Notes: a model not told the origin generated them from the letters alone. DNA of 64,000 bases from a bacterium (GCA_965219955.1 OZ244799.1:2880001-2944000), one strand, 5' to 3'. Counted from the stretch's first letter, positions 20,524 through 31,486 are shown. Program-made: numbers and translations.

Positions 20524-21332
20524 GTTTCCGGCTCCTTCGCCAAAATGCTTTCAACCACGTCCTGTGCGTCCGGAGAACCGGCGCCGGGTTTCAAATGGAG
20601 AAAGAATTCCCGGTTTCCCTTGGCGCCCATGATCGCGCTCGATGCGATGCCCTGGGGAGCCCATCCCGTCCGAAGCGTTTCATCCCAGACGCGGAGGAGC
20701 ACTTCACGGTGAAGCGCGGGGTCGCGAACGATCCCTCCCTTGCCGACACGTCCCTTCCCTACTTCAAACTGTGGTTTAACGAGTACGAGCATCTCCCCGC
20801 CATCTTCGAGCAGGTCATGAACCGGTCCGAGCACCTTCACGACGGAGATGAACGATACATCCACAACGCACAAACCCGGCTGTTCCTCCCCGGCTAACTC
20901 CCGGAACATTTCCGGCGTCAGATGCCTGGCGTTCACACCCTCCAGAAGAGTGACCCTGGGGTCGTTCCTCAGTTTCCAGTCAATCAAACCCTTGCCCACG
21001 TCCACCGACGCAACGCGGCGGGCGCCGCGGGTGAGCAGCACGTCGGTGAATCCACCCGTCGACGCGCCGATATCCATGCAGTATTCATCCAGCGGATCAA
21101 CGCCGAAGAAATCCAGCGCGCCTTCGAGCTTCAGGCCTCCCCGGCTCACATAGGGACAAGGATTTTCTTTGAGGGTGATGGATGCTTCTTCAGGAAATGA
21201 CAAACCCGCCTTCGTGGCGGGTTCGCCGTCGACACTCACAAGACCTGCCAGAATCAGGCTGCGCGCACGCTCCCGGCTCGGAGCCAGCGCACGTTCGACG
21301 AGTAATTTATCGAGCCTCTGTTTCTTCGCCAT
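20520..21332 (-). CDS. tlyA: TlyA-family RNA methyltransferase
   Basis: RLDKLLV, YVSRGGLKL, DIGASTGGFTD, DVSFIS, LVKPQFE. Confidence 0.96.
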   Translation of the reverse strand: MAKKQRLDKLLVERALAPSRERARSLILAGLVSVDGEPATKAGLSFPEEASITLKENPCPYVSRGGLKLEGALDFFGVDPLDEYCMDIGASTGGFTDVLLTRGARRVASVDVGKGLIDWKLRNDPRVTLLEGVNARHLTPEMFRELAGEEQPGLCVVDVSFISVVKVLGPVHDLLEDGGEMLVLVKPQFEVGKGRVGKGGIVRDPALHREVLLRVWDETLRTGWAPQGIASSAIMGAKGNREFFLHLKPGAGSPDAQDVVESILAKEPET

Positions 21333-23271
21333 GCGCCGCCAGATCGGCAGAATCAGCCTTGCCTTCCATCAGATCGCGAGCCGCCTGGGTGATATCGCCC
21401 GGCGTAAGTCCACAGTCGTCGCGCTGCAGTTGAGGCGCTCCGTGCTCGATGAAACGATCGGGAATACCCAGAACCGTGGCGGAAACGTCCCGGATGCCGT
21501 GCTCAGCCAAAAGCTCCAGAACGCCGGCGCCCATCCCGCCGATGCGCGTCCCCTCCTCGATCGTCACGACGCGCTTGCACCGCCTCGCGAGTTCCAAAAC
21601 TTTCTCCTCATCCATCGGCTTCACGAAGCGGAGGTTCAAGACCGACGCCTGAATGCCGAGTTCTTCCAGTTGCGCGGCGGACTCCATCGCGAGACCCACC
21701 ATGGGGCCCAGGGCGATGAGAGCGACGTCATCGCCGTCGCGAAGCGATTCCGCCTCTCCGATGGGAATCGTCTCGATACCCTCGTCCATCGGCACCCCTT
21801 CGCCTGAGCCGCGCGCGAAGCGAAGCGCTGCCGGGCCGGGATGTTCAATCGCGGTCAAGACCATTTTCTGAAGTTCGTTTTCGTCTTTGGGCGACATGAT
21901 CGTCATGTTCGGCAGACACCGGAGATAGGCCAGGTCATAGGCCCCCTGGTGCGTGGGTCCATCGTCACCCACGAGACCGGACCGGTCCAGCGCAAAGGTA
22001 ACGGGCACGTTCGTCAGGCAGACGTCGTGGATGATCTGATCATAAGCCCGCTGCAGGAACGTGCTGTAAATGGCGGCGACCGGCTTCATGCCCTCGAGCG
22101 CAAGGCCTGCGGCGAAAGTCACCGCATGCTGTTCGCACATCCCTACGTCAAAGCAGCGATCCGGCAAGACTTTCTGGTAGTTCACGAGAGCCGTACCCTC
22201 GAGCATGGCCGCCGAGATGGCGACTATCTTTTCATCCGTTTGGCTGAGCTTGATCATCGTATCGGTGAAAACTTTCGAATACCCGGGGGGCCCGGGCGCT
22301 TTTTTGTGGAATTTACCGGATTCCGGATCGAATTTCGTCACACCGTGATAGGTGATGGGTTCCGCCTCGCTGTAAGGGTACCCATACCCTTTACGGGTAA
22401 CGACGTGAACCAGATTTGGACCATCCAGGTTTTTCACGTTCCTCAGAGTGGGAATCAGCAAATCCAGCCTGTGTCCGTCCACCGGGCCGATGTACCGGAA
22501 ACCCAGTTCCTCGAACAAAATCCCCGGCACGATGATATTCTTGAGAGACTCCTCCACCCTGTCCATGAGCGTGACGGCATGGCTGCCCACCAAGGGAAGG
22601 TGGCTCAGTATTTTCTGGACTTCCGCACGCACCTTGCGGGCCCGGTTCGACCATTCACCCGTCATGATCCGAGCCAGGTATGAGCACATGGCGCCCACGT
22701 TGTGCGAAATGCCCATTTTATTGTCATTGAGAATAACGGTGAGGTTTCGCTTCGAATCGCCGGCGTTGTTGAGCCCTTCCATCGCCATGCCGGCGGTCAG
22801 GCTGCCGTCTCCGATGATGGCGACGACCTGAAAATCCTCTCCCGAGAGATCCCGCGCCGTGGCCATGCCCAGGGCAGCGGAAATGGAGGTGCCTCCATGC
22901 GCCACGTTCAGATGGTCGTATTCACTCTCGCGCCTGTCCGGGAAACCGGCGATTCCTTCCCACTGCCTCAGCGTATGGAACCGGTCCCGGCGCCCCGTCA
23001 ATATCTTGTGGGTGTAGGCCTGATGACCGACGTCCCAAATCAACTTGTCCTTCGGCGTGTCATAGAGATAGTGAAGCGCTACAATGAGTTCCGCCGCTCC
23101 CAGCGAAGCGCCGAGGTGTCCGCCCGTATCGGAGGTTACCTGAATGACCACGTCGCGGAGCTCATCCACGACTTGAGGAAGGTCCTCCTCCGCCAGCCGC
23201 CTCAAATCCGCCGGGCTATCAATACGCTCAAGTAATTCGCCCATGTCATCTCCCTCACGAAAATTCATCAT
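21307..23271 (-). CDS. dxs: 1-deoxy-D-xylulose-5-phosphate synthase
   Basis: GGHLGASLG, WDVGHQAY.HK, GDGSLTAG, LNDN, AIYSTFLQRAYDQ, DGPTHQG. Confidence 0.98.
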   Translation of the reverse strand: MMNFREGDDMGELLERIDSPADLRRLAEEDLPQVVDELRDVVIQVTSDTGGHLGASLGAAELIVALHYLYDTPKDKLIWDVGHQAYTHKILTGRRDRFHTLRQWEGIAGFPDRRESEYDHLNVAHGGTSISAALGMATARDLSGEDFQVVAIIGDGSLTAGMAMEGLNNAGDSKRNLTVILNDNKMGISHNVGAMCSYLARIMTGEWSNRARKVRAEVQKILSHLPLVGSHAVTLMDRVEESLKNIIVPGILFEELGFRYIGPVDGHRLDLLIPTLRNVKNLDGPNLVHVVTRKGYGYPYSEAEPITYHGVTKFDPESGKFHKKAPGPPGYSKVFTDTMIKLSQTDEKIVAISAAMLEGTALVNYQKVLPDRCFDVGMCEQHAVTFAAGLALEGMKPVAAIYSTFLQRAYDQIIHDVCLTNVPVTFALDRSGLVGDDGPTHQGAYDLAYLRCLPNMTIMSPKDENELQKMVLTAIEHPGPAALRFARGSGEGVPMDEGIETIPIGEAESLRDGDDVALIALGPMVGLAMESAAQLEELGIQASVLNLRFVKPMDEEKVLELARRCKRVVTIEEGTRIGGMGAGVLELLAEHGIRDVSATVLGIPDRFIEHGAPQLQRDDCGLTPGDITQAARDLMEGKADSADLAAHGEETEAR

Positions 23272-23359
23272 AAATCGAATCTGATTTCATCAAGGGAATG
23301 TCCCGGACGCTGACATTCCGCCCTCCTTCGAAGACTATCCAGATAATGATAGTCAAACG

Positions 23360-24286
23360 TCAGAACCGACGCAAGATAATAAAATGCGCCAAAGATTCCA
23401 GTTCAGGCGCTTTTTTCGGGAAAATTGCGAGGGCTCCCAACGCTTCCTCGCAAGTGGCGTGCGCCAATTGTTTCGATGTCTCCATCCCGTACAAGGCGGG
23501 ATAGGTTGCCTTGTTCAACCCCTCATCCGAGCCCGTGGGCTTTCCCATGAGGGCCTCATCGCCTTCCACGTCCAGAATATCGTCCACAATCTGAAACGCC
23601 AGCCCGATCTTCTCGCCATAAACATGCAGCGCTTCCATCTGCGATTTATCACCGCCGCCCAGCAGGCCCCCCAAACAAACGGAAACCCTCAAAAGCGCAC
23701 CCGTCTTTCTCCTGTGGATTTCCTCCAAATGCGCAACACCACTTACCCGGCCATTCGCACGGATGTCCAAAAGCTGTCCACCCACCATGCCCGTCGCGCC
23801 TGCTGCATCGGCGACCATGCGAATCGCTTTCACATGACGCCCAGGCGAAACCTTCGCACCCATTTGTTCATTCGCCATCAACTCGAAAGCCAGGGCCTGC
23901 AACCCGTCACCCGCGAGAATCGCCGCCGCCTCCCCATAAACCACGTGGCTCGTAGGCATCCCGCGCCTTAAGTCGTCATCGTCCATGGCGGGCAAATCAT
24001 CATGAATCAATGAATAAGAATGAATGCACTCGAGGGCGCATGCGGCAGGCAGGATACATTCAGGGTCGCCGCCTACGGCTTCACATCCAGCCATACAAAG
24101 CACCGGGCGAAGGCGTTTTCCCCCGGCGAAAAGGCTGTAGCGCATGATCTCGAAGATTTCGGGCGGCTCGGAGGATTCCGGCACGAGGCGATCGAGCTCT
24201 TCTTCCACGCGTTTCGCCCATCGGTCCAGGTAAGCCGCTGCGTCGATGCCGACGTGGAGTTCGCCTTCATTCATCATCTTCACCAT
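23360..24286 (-). CDS. ispA: Farnesyl/geranyl diphosphate synthase
   Basis: GGKRLRP, SLIHDDLPAMD...RRG, FQIVDDILD; xseB-ispA-dxs synteny. Confidence 0.95.
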   Translation of the reverse strand: MVKMMNEGELHVGIDAAAYLDRWAKRVEEELDRLVPESSEPPEIFEIMRYSLFAGGKRLRPVLCMAGCEAVGGDPECILPAACALECIHSYSLIHDDLPAMDDDDLRRGMPTSHVVYGEAAAILAGDGLQALAFELMANEQMGAKVSPGRHVKAIRMVADAAGATGMVGGQLLDIRANGRVSGVAHLEEIHRRKTGALLRVSVCLGGLLGGGDKSQMEALHVYGEKIGLAFQIVDDILDVEGDEALMGKPTGSDEGLNKATYPALYGMETSKQLAHATCEEALGALAIFPKKAPELESLAHFIILRRF

Positions 24287-24536
24287 CTGCGAACGGCTGC
24301 AACGATAATGTTTCCTCCGATTCCCCGGTGAGTTCTTCCACCTTCTTTTGCGCCGCGTTCAACTGCTCCCGGCTGTAGCGGAAGAGCTTCACGCCCTCTT
24401 CATACAGCAAAACGGCCTTCTCCAGAGAAGGCTCGCCCTCTTCGAGTTCTTCCACGATGGCTTCCAGACGCTCCAGCGCGGCCTCGAAACTTTCCGGTTC
24501 CGCACCGGAGCTCACAGATTCATTTCCGGTATTCAT
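24267..24536 (-). CDS. xseB: Exodeoxyribonuclease VII small subunit
   Basis: SFEAALERLE.IV..LE.G...LE.A..LYEEG. Confidence 0.95.
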   Translation of the reverse strand: MNTGNESVSSGAEPESFEAALERLEAIVEELEEGEPSLEKAVLLYEEGVKLFRYSREQLNAAQKKVEELTGESEETLSLQPFADGEDDE

Positions 24537-25933
24537 GGGCCCTCTCCTTCGTGGAAAACTTTCTCAACCCGGCACATCAAACCACCTTCGGACAAGCGAA
24601 TCCGCACGGATTCATTTTCTTGAACTTCTGTGGCTTTCTTGATCAGTGCCCCAGCCGGCTCCCTGTACGCCAGGCTATACCCCCGCGCCAGAACGGCCAG
24701 CGGCGATACCAACTCGAGACGCCCGGCGGCGGTCTTGAGCGCGTCCGCCCTGTTCTGCAGAAACAATCCATTCGCCACACGCAAGCGCTTCAGATTATCT
24801 TCAAGTTTCGAAATGGATACAAGAATTTTCTTTTGGGGCGAAAGGGCGCGCAGCCTCGGGACGATTCCGGCCAAATGCGTCCATTTCGTTTGCTGTCGAT
24901 GCCTGGCTTCTCTGCTCATGCGCTCATAGAGCGCATCCAGCCGCTGCGCCAGCGATTCGAGCGGGGCTTCCGGCCTTCTGAATGCGGGTTCCCTGAGTAA
25001 ACGGGAAAACCCGGCATCGAGCGAGGCTATACGAGTTTCCACTGCACGGCGCGCATCATGGAGCAAGCCGGCAACGTCGCGGGCGACACCCAGCCAGCCT
25101 CTGGCCACGCGCTCCGCCGCCGCCGTAGGCGTATGCGCCGATTCATCGGCGGCCAGATCACTCAGCGATGTATCGACCTCATGACCCACCGCCGAAATGA
25201 GGGGCGTCCCGCATCCGGCGATAGCCCGAACCACCTCTTCTTCGTTGAACGCCCACAAATCCTCCCGGCTCCCTCCGCCGCGGCCCGTGATGATGAGGTC
25301 CAGCGGATGCCCCATGCTTGCGAGACCCTCATCCGCCCTTTGAATCGCCGAAGCGATGGAAGATGCGGCGCCCTCGCCCTGCACCTGCGTATGGACGACA
25401 ACAATCTCCACAATCGGGGCGCGCTCCCTGAAAACCCGCAAGATATCCTGCAGGGCGGCGCCTTCCCGGCTCGTCACCAACCCCACGCGGCGGGGGCGGT
25501 CGGGAATTTCCTTTTTACGCGAAGGATCGAACAAACCTTCTTTTTCCAGTCGCTCATGCAGCTGGCGGAAAGCGACCTCCAGCGCGCCCTCTCCCAGGGG
25601 TTCCATGGAAAGCGCCGACACCTGGAAGCGTCCGTCCTTCTCATAAAGCGTCACCCGGCAACGGAGCATCACGCGCATGCCCACTTCCGGCTCGAAGCGC
25701 AGAAAGCGCCTGCGGCCCGAGAACATCACCGCGCTCACCCTGGAGGCGGCGTCTTTCAGGTCAAAATAGGAATGCCCGGATGGATAGGTGCGCCAGGAGG
25801 AGATTTCCCCCTCGACCAGAACCTCGCCGAATTCATCTTCCAGCAATTCTTTAACGCGCGCGTTGAGCTGTGAGACGGTGAGCACCGCAGGTGTTGCGCG
25901 AGGCGTGTTGTCACCCAGAAGGTCTACATTCAT
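24533..25933 (-). CDS. xseA: Exodeoxyribonuclease VII large subunit
   Basis: GEIS....SGH.YF.LKD, RGGGSREDLWAFN, ISAVGHEVD, TPTAAAE. Confidence 0.97.
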   Translation of the reverse strand: MNVDLLGDNTPRATPAVLTVSQLNARVKELLEDEFGEVLVEGEISSWRTYPSGHSYFDLKDAASRVSAVMFSGRRRFLRFEPEVGMRVMLRCRVTLYEKDGRFQVSALSMEPLGEGALEVAFRQLHERLEKEGLFDPSRKKEIPDRPRRVGLVTSREGAALQDILRVFRERAPIVEIVVVHTQVQGEGAASSIASAIQRADEGLASMGHPLDLIITGRGGGSREDLWAFNEEEVVRAIAGCGTPLISAVGHEVDTSLSDLAADESAHTPTAAAERVARGWLGVARDVAGLLHDARRAVETRIASLDAGFSRLLREPAFRRPEAPLESLAQRLDALYERMSREARHRQQTKWTHLAGIVPRLRALSPQKKILVSISKLEDNLKRLRVANGLFLQNRADALKTAAGRLELVSPLAVLARGYSLAYREPAGALIKKATEVQENESVRIRLSEGGLMCRVEKVFHEGEGP

Positions 25934-25946
25934 CCGAAAGCCTTTA

Positions 25947-26825
25947 TCAGCTCGATGCTCCCGCTTCCTGCGACTTGAGAGAATACGCCTGGGTCGTGTT
26001 CATCATCAGCATGGCGACCGTCATGGGCCCCACGCCGCCCGGCACCGGGGTAATGGCGGAAACCTTTTCGAGCAGAGGTTCGAAATCACAATCCCCGACC
26101 AGTTCCCCATCCACCCGGTTGATGCCGACGTCGACCACGACCGCGCCTTCGCGAACCATATCCGCCGTCAGGAATTTCGGCCGCCCCATGGCGGCCACGA
26201 CGATATCGGCTTCTCTCGTGATGGCGGGGATATCGCGCGTCCGGGAGTGGCACACCGTGATCGTCGCATTCTCGTGCATCATCAGAATGGCCAGGGGAAG
26301 CCCCACGATCTTGCTGCGCCCGATGATGGCGGTTTTCTTCCCTTCCAGGCCGATACCGTAGAACTTCAGAATCTCGAGCACGCCGGCGGGCGTGCAGGGC
26401 TTGAGCGTACCCTGCTTGAGCGCGAGCTTTCCAAAATTCTCCGGGTGAAAGACATCGGCGTCTTTTTGGGGGGATACCCTGCGCAGCACTTCTTCTTCGT
26501 TCAAGCCGCCGGGAAGCGGCAACTGCACCAGCATCCCGTCCACTTTTTCATCGCGGTTCAACGCTTCGATGAGGGAGACGATATCCTGCTGGCTCGTATC
26601 CTCGGGCAAACGATGGTCGAAAGTCCGGATGCCGAGTTTCTTGGCGGAACGCCCCTTGATGCGGACGTATACCTGAGAGGCCGGGTCCTCGCCCACGAGA
26701 ACGACGGCGAGCCCCGGAGGCCTGCCCATCCGGGGGAGTAGAGCGTCGATAGAGGCTTTGAGCTCCTCCATCACCTTATCCGCAACGGGTTTACCTTCGA
26801 GAAGCAGGGCTTTTGCCATCTTCAT
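25947..26825 (-). CDS. folD: Methylene-THF dehydrogenase/cyclohydrolase
   Basis: LVQLPLP, PCTPAG, GRSKIVGLP, TPVPGGVGPMT. Confidence 0.97.
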   Translation of the reverse strand: MKMAKALLLEGKPVADKVMEELKASIDALLPRMGRPPGLAVVLVGEDPASQVYVRIKGRSAKKLGIRTFDHRLPEDTSQQDIVSLIEALNRDEKVDGMLVQLPLPGGLNEEEVLRRVSPQKDADVFHPENFGKLALKQGTLKPCTPAGVLEILKFYGIGLEGKKTAIIGRSKIVGLPLAILMMHENATITVCHSRTRDIPAITREADIVVAAMGRPKFLTADMVREGAVVVDVGINRVDGELVGDCDFEPLLEKVSAITPVPGGVGPMTVAMLMMNTTQAYSLKSQEAGASS

Positions 26826-26871
26826 CCTTCATCATCGGGCGCGCCGGCGGCGGACTTATTGCATCTGGCGA

Positions 26872-27843
26872 CTATACCAGAATCTTTCCGTCCTGGATGA
26901 TCATCTGCTCATCCGCCCAGACGGTTGGGTTGTCGAAAATCATGTCGATATGGAGCGGGGCTTCGATGATGCCCCCGATGCTGCCGCTGTCGCCCACCGC
27001 CATGTGGCAGGTGCCCCACGTCTTTTTCGCCTCCCGCATCGTCTCCCGGGGGCGGCAGGCCGGGTTCGTGCCGATAGCGAATTCCGCCACGTTCTTCGCC
27101 AAGTCCCCGTTTTCATCCAGCAGTTTCCAGAACCTGTCCGCGGCGGCGCTTCCGGTGATGGACGCCACCTTGCCGTCCTTGATCTCGAGGCGCATGGGCT
27201 CGGTGACGAAACCCAAATCCTTTCGCTCGATGGAGAAGGGATTCACCATCACGCCGTTCGACGTGCCCTCCAGGGGACTCATGGCCGCCTCGCCATCGGG
27301 ACACGCCGCGAATTCGCCGGATTTTCTCGCCACGCCGATGAGCGGGAAGCAGGTTCTCCCCTCCAGCGAAAACTCCATGTCGCAACCATCCGGCGTCGTG
27401 AACCGGCCCGTTTTGGCTTCGGTGTAGATGTCGGAAATCGTCCGGGTGACCCGGGCGACCTCGTCGTAATCGGCCAGGGCGCCGCCCGCGACCATCATGT
27501 CCTCGCGCCATCCCCACATGTCCAGGACGCGCGCGCCTTGCTTGAGTGCGTTCCTCGCCGTCTCGGTATGGATGGTGGCGAAGCTGGTCTGGAGTATCAC
27601 CACGTCCGATGCCGCCATCGCCGCCCCCACGTGAGGCAGCGGGTCGATTCCCCCGTTCATGTGAGGGGGCATGTGCATGATGGAGAGCCTGGCGCCCGCG
27701 GCGCTCAAGGCATGGGCCAGCGCTTCGGTGACCGAAGCGGGGCGATCCGAATCCGTCACGAGAAGCACCAGTTCGCCCTCTTTCACGTCAAGAACCTGCT
27801 CTACGATTCGCCTGGCGGTAGGCGCCATGTTGAACTTTACCAT
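26872..27843 (-). CDS. Thermophilic metalloprotease (M29)/leucyl aminopeptidase-like protein
   Basis: PDGEA..P, VAEFAIGTNP, GTCHMAVG, HIDM. Confidence 0.8.
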   Translation of the reverse strand: MVKFNMAPTARRIVEQVLDVKEGELVLLVTDSDRPASVTEALAHALSAAGARLSIMHMPPHMNGGIDPLPHVGAAMAASDVVILQTSFATIHTETARNALKQGARVLDMWGWREDMMVAGGALADYDEVARVTRTISDIYTEAKTGRFTTPDGCDMEFSLEGRTCFPLIGVARKSGEFAACPDGEAAMSPLEGTSNGVMVNPFSIERKDLGFVTEPMRLEIKDGKVASITGSAAADRFWKLLDENGDLAKNVAEFAIGTNPACRPRETMREAKKTWGTCHMAVGDSGSIGGIIEAPLHIDMIFDNPTVWADEQMIIQDGKILV

Positions 27844-27940
27844 TTCATCACCCCTGCAGATTGGAAACCAAGAATTGACAATGCATCGATTTGAAATGAA
27901 CCAGTTGCCGACGAAACAGCTCGTTGAATCACCGCATTAC

Positions 27941-28120
27941 GGTGTTGTTGAAAAAGCCCTATCCGACTTTCGAGATTGTTCGCCGTAGGGACAGGCCTCC
28001 GTGCCTGTCCTGCGTCTCCGGGTCGTATACCAACAACGGGCGGGCACGGAGGCCCGCCCCTACGGGAAAACACATCTCCCTGCCAATCCCCCTTGTCAGG
28101 GAGGCTTTTTCAACAACCCC
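27941..28120. mobile_element. Family-F MITE (TIR GG.GTTGTTGAAAAAGCC) enclosing a GTAG-REP doublet
   Basis: 18-bp TIRs (17/18), flanks ATTAC/ATTAT resembling a target duplication. Confidence 0.75.
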
Positions 28121-28219
28121 ATTATAGGGGGCCGGGAAACATGGTCGCAAGGGCATGGCTTCATATGCAAAACTTGGCCGTATCTCACCGATTCCGGTTC
28201 TCTCGAATGTGAGTCGCAA

Positions 28220-28636
28220 ATGGAAACGCCCAGAAATCCTTATCTTACGGTGGACGTCATCATCGAAATCGAGGATGAGAACGGCGGGCAAGGGGTCGTG
28301 ATGATCGAGCGGAAAAACCCTCCCCATGGCTGGGCGCTTCCGGGCGGGTTCGTCGACTACGGGGAAACGCTTGAAACGGCCGCCGTTCGGGAAGCCGAAG
28401 AGGAAACCTCGCTCGAGGTGGAACTGATCCGCCAGTTTCATGCCTACAGCGACCCCGGTCGCGATGAGAGGCAGCACAACGTCACCGTCGTTTTCATCGC
28501 AAGGCCGCTCGGCGGCGCGCTCGAAGCGCGGGACGATGCGGGGCGCGCAGAAGTTTTCAGTCAAACTTCCCTGCCCTCTGAAATCGCATTTGATCACGCG
28601 GACATTCTAAGCGATTATTTTTCAAGGAAGTATTAG
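28220..28636 (+). CDS. NUDIX hydrolase
   Basis: [12 protein letters not shown]....AA.REA.EET, YSDP.RD.R.H, AFDH. Confidence 0.93.
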   Translation: METPRNPYLTVDVIIEIEDENGGQGVVMIERKNPPHGWALPGGFVDYGETLETAAVREAEEETSLEVELIRQFHAYSDPGRDERQHNVTVVFIARPLGGALEARDDAGRAEVFSQTSLPSEIAFDHADILSDYFSRKY

Positions 28637-28749
28637 CGTGAATCGTAAGCGCGAAAGGCGCATCGAAACACACTGTGCTATCATGGACGAATGATGCGGG
28701 GGAACATGCGTGTTTCCCCGATTTTTCTTTGACTTAAGGTTTACGAGAC

Positions 28750-29457
28750 ATGGGCGGACTCATCGGAAGTTTCGGGCGCGGATTCGAATCGATGCGAAAG
28801 GACATCGCCGCCGTCATGGAGCGCGACCCCGCCTGCAGGTCGAAGCTGGAGGTGATCCTCTGCTATCCGGGGTTCCACGCCGTCTGCCTGCACCGGATGG
28901 CCCACTACTTCTGGAAGCGGGGATTCCTGCTCCTTGCGCGCTGGCTGAGCCACTGGAACCGGTTCATCACGGGCATCGAAATTCACCCCGGCGCGCGGAT
29001 CGGCGAGGGGCTCTTCATCGACCACGGGATGGGCGTCGTCATCGGCGAGACGACGCAAATCGGGAAAAACTGCACCATCTACCAGGGGGTGACGCTCGGC
29101 GGCGTGAGCCTCAAGAAAGAAAAAAGGCATCCCTCTTTAGAAGACAACGTCGTCGTCGGCGTCGGAGCGCGGGTGCTTGGTCCGCACGTCATCGGCGCAG
29201 GCAGCCGCATCGGCGCCAGTTCGGTCGTCATCTCGGACGTGCCGCCCGGCTGCACGGTCGTCGGCGTGCCCGCGCGCATCGTCTACCGGGAGGGGCAAGG
29301 CAAAGCGGACGATCTGCTCCCCGTCTCTTTCGAGCACCACGAGTTGCCCGACCCGGTGGAAGCGGCCATTCAGGCCCTGAACCAGCGCATCGCGGCCCTC
29401 GAAAAAGAACTGTCCCAGGCGCGGGAGCCGGCACGGGAAAAGCAAGAGACCCCATGA
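28750..29457 (+). CDS. cysE: Serine O-acetyltransferase
   Basis: [35 protein letters not shown]. Confidence 0.96.
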   Translation: MGGLIGSFGRGFESMRKDIAAVMERDPACRSKLEVILCYPGFHAVCLHRMAHYFWKRGFLLLARWLSHWNRFITGIEIHPGARIGEGLFIDHGMGVVIGETTQIGKNCTIYQGVTLGGVSLKKEKRHPSLEDNVVVGVGARVLGPHVIGAGSRIGASSVVISDVPPGCTVVGVPARIVYREGQGKADDLLPVSFEHHELPDPVEAAIQALNQRIAALEKELSQAREPAREKQETP

Positions 29458-30623
29458 AAACCATCTACATGGACCACAACGCGACCACCCCGATGAGGCC
29501 CGAGGTTCTGGCCGCGATGCAGCCCTATCTCGGCGAGAAATTCGGAAACCCGAACAGCATCCACCGGTACGGCCGCGAAACCAGAATCGCGATCGAAAAC
29601 GCACGCGATCATGCGGCGGCCCTCATCGGCGCCGCGGAGAGCGATGAAATCTTCTTCACCTCAGGCGGTACGGAGAGCGACAACTGGGCGCTCCGGGGCG
29701 TCGTCTCCGCCGCTTCGGGAAAAAGCCACATCGTCACCACGGCGATCGAGCACGAGGCCGTACTCGCGACGTGCCAGACCCTGGAAGCGGAGGGGGCGAA
29801 AGTCACCTGCGTGAAGCCGAACCGCAAAGGGCGCGTCTCGGCAGAAGACGTGGCGGCGGCGCTTCGGCCGGATACGCGCATCGTCTCCGTCATGTGGGGC
29901 AACAACGAGGTCGGCACGGTTCAGCCGATCCATGAGATCGGCGCGATTTGCCGGGAGCGCGGCATCCTGTTCCACACCGACGCCGTGCAGGCGCTGGGCA
30001 AGGTGGAGGTCGACGTGGAGCGCGCCGGCGTGTCCCTGCTCTCCGCCACCGGACACAAGATCAACGCCGCCAAGGGCGCGGGGTTTTTGTACGTGAAAAA
30101 GGGAACCGAGCTCGACCCCTTCATGACCGGCGGCGGGCAGGAGCAGAAACTGCGCTCGGGCACGGAGAACGTGGCCGGTATCGTGGCGCTGGGAGAGGCC
30201 TGCCGCATCGCGAAAGAAGAAGGCCCGCAATCCGCAAAAAACGTCGCCGCCCTCAGGGACCGGCTCGAAAACGAAATCTGCGAGCACGTTCCCGATGTCC
30301 TGGTCAACGGCGATACGGCGCACAGGCTTCCCGGCACGTCGAACCTGGGCTTCATCGGCGCGGAAGGGGAAACGCTCCTGATTCGCCTCGATCTGGAGGG
30401 CATCGCCGTGAGCACGGGCGCGGCCTGCAGTTCGGGTTCCCCCGAGCCCAGCCACGTTCTGCTGGCGATGGACTTGCCCCAGGAAACCGTGCAGGGCTCG
30501 CTCAGGTTCAGCCTGGGCTACGGCAACTCGGATGCGGACATCGACAGGCTGCTCGAAGTGCTGCCCGAGGCCGTCAGCAAGGTGCGCGAGATGGCCCCCC
30601 GCCTCAAATCGACGAAGACATGA
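29454..30623 (+). CDS. iscS: Cysteine desulfurase (IscS/NifS)
   Basis: [37 protein letters not shown]; ATGA overlap with cysE. Confidence 0.95.
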   Translation: MKTIYMDHNATTPMRPEVLAAMQPYLGEKFGNPNSIHRYGRETRIAIENARDHAAALIGAAESDEIFFTSGGTESDNWALRGVVSAASGKSHIVTTAIEHEAVLATCQTLEAEGAKVTCVKPNRKGRVSAEDVAAALRPDTRIVSVMWGNNEVGTVQPIHEIGAICRERGILFHTDAVQALGKVEVDVERAGVSLLSATGHKINAAKGAGFLYVKKGTELDPFMTGGGQEQKLRSGTENVAGIVALGEACRIAKEEGPQSAKNVAALRDRLENEICEHVPDVLVNGDTAHRLPGTSNLGFIGAEGETLLIRLDLEGIAVSTGAACSSGSPEPSHVLLAMDLPQETVQGSLRFSLGYGNSDADIDRLLEVLPEAVSKVREMAPRLKSTKT

Positions 30624-30632
30624 GAAGAAACC

Positions 30633-31025
30633 TTGGCCCCGAGAGACGACTACCACTATAACGAGACGGTGCTCCGCCACATCGCGGACCCGCGCAACAT
30701 CGGCGTCATCGAAGACGCGGACGCCGAGGGGAGCGGAACGAACCCCGCCTGCGGCGATGAGGTGACGCTTTACCTCAAATTCGAAGGCGAGGCGGTATCG
30801 GACGCCAGGATCAGGATTCTCGGCTGCGGGGCGATCACCGCCGCCATGAGTTCCCTGACGGATCTCGTCCGCGGAAAGACCGCGGAGGAACTCGGACGAA
30901 TCACCGCCGAGGAGATCGCGCAAAGCGTCGGCGGCCTCCCCACCCACAAACGCCACTGCGCCACCCTCGCCCGGCGGGTGCTGCAAAACGCGCTCAAATC
31001 GAGAAACACATCTGACTCCCCATGA
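30633..31025 (+). CDS. iscU: Fe-S scaffold (IscU/NifU-N)
   Basis: HIADPRN.G, NPACGD, GCG, KRHC. Confidence 0.9.
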   Translation: MAPRDDYHYNETVLRHIADPRNIGVIEDADAEGSGTNPACGDEVTLYLKFEGEAVSDARIRILGCGAITAAMSSLTDLVRGKTAEELGRITAEEIAQSVGGLPTHKRHCATLARRVLQNALKSRNTSDSP

Positions 31026-31483
31026 AACCATCTCAACCGGTCAAAGTCCTGGAACTGGACGCCTTGAAGCTCTGGGCGATGCGCACGGACGAGCCCGCTG
31101 GCCCTGAAATCATCGGCCTCACACAGGCCCGCCTGCTCAGGATCTGCGGGAACCTTCCCAAAATCGGCCCCGCTTGCGGACTCGACTACGGGGAAAAGGG
31201 ATACGAAGCCTGCCGGCGAGCGATTACGGAACTGCCCGTACCCGAAGGGCTCCATGAGACGGACTTTCCGGGCGGATGGCATGCGATGGGGACGCACGTC
31301 GGTGGATACGAGGCGCTCAGGCTTACGTTGGGCGAGATGCTCGGCAAATGGCTGCCGCACAGCGGTTTCAAGAGAAGGGAAGGCCCGCTGGTGTACCGCT
31401 ACATCACCGACCCCCGCGAAACGACGGAGGCCGACACCAGAACCGAAATCTGCGTGCCCGTTCAGCCCGACCCGATTGAGTAG
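31022..31483 (+). CDS. GyrI-like small-molecule binding protein
   Basis: PGG..A...H.G.Y..L, WLP.SG, Y..DP, TEICVP. Confidence 0.8.
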   Translation: MKPSQPVKVLELDALKLWAMRTDEPAGPEIIGLTQARLLRICGNLPKIGPACGLDYGEKGYEACRRAITELPVPEGLHETDFPGGWHAMGTHVGGYEALRLTLGEMLGKWLPHSGFKRREGPLVYRYITDPRETTEADTRTEICVPVQPDPIE

Positions 31484-31486
31484 CCT

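Noticed and set aside
28710-30623. 637-aa extended cysteine desulfurase
   Set aside because: The N-terminal part is an off-frame shadow over cysE; the real start is ATG 29454
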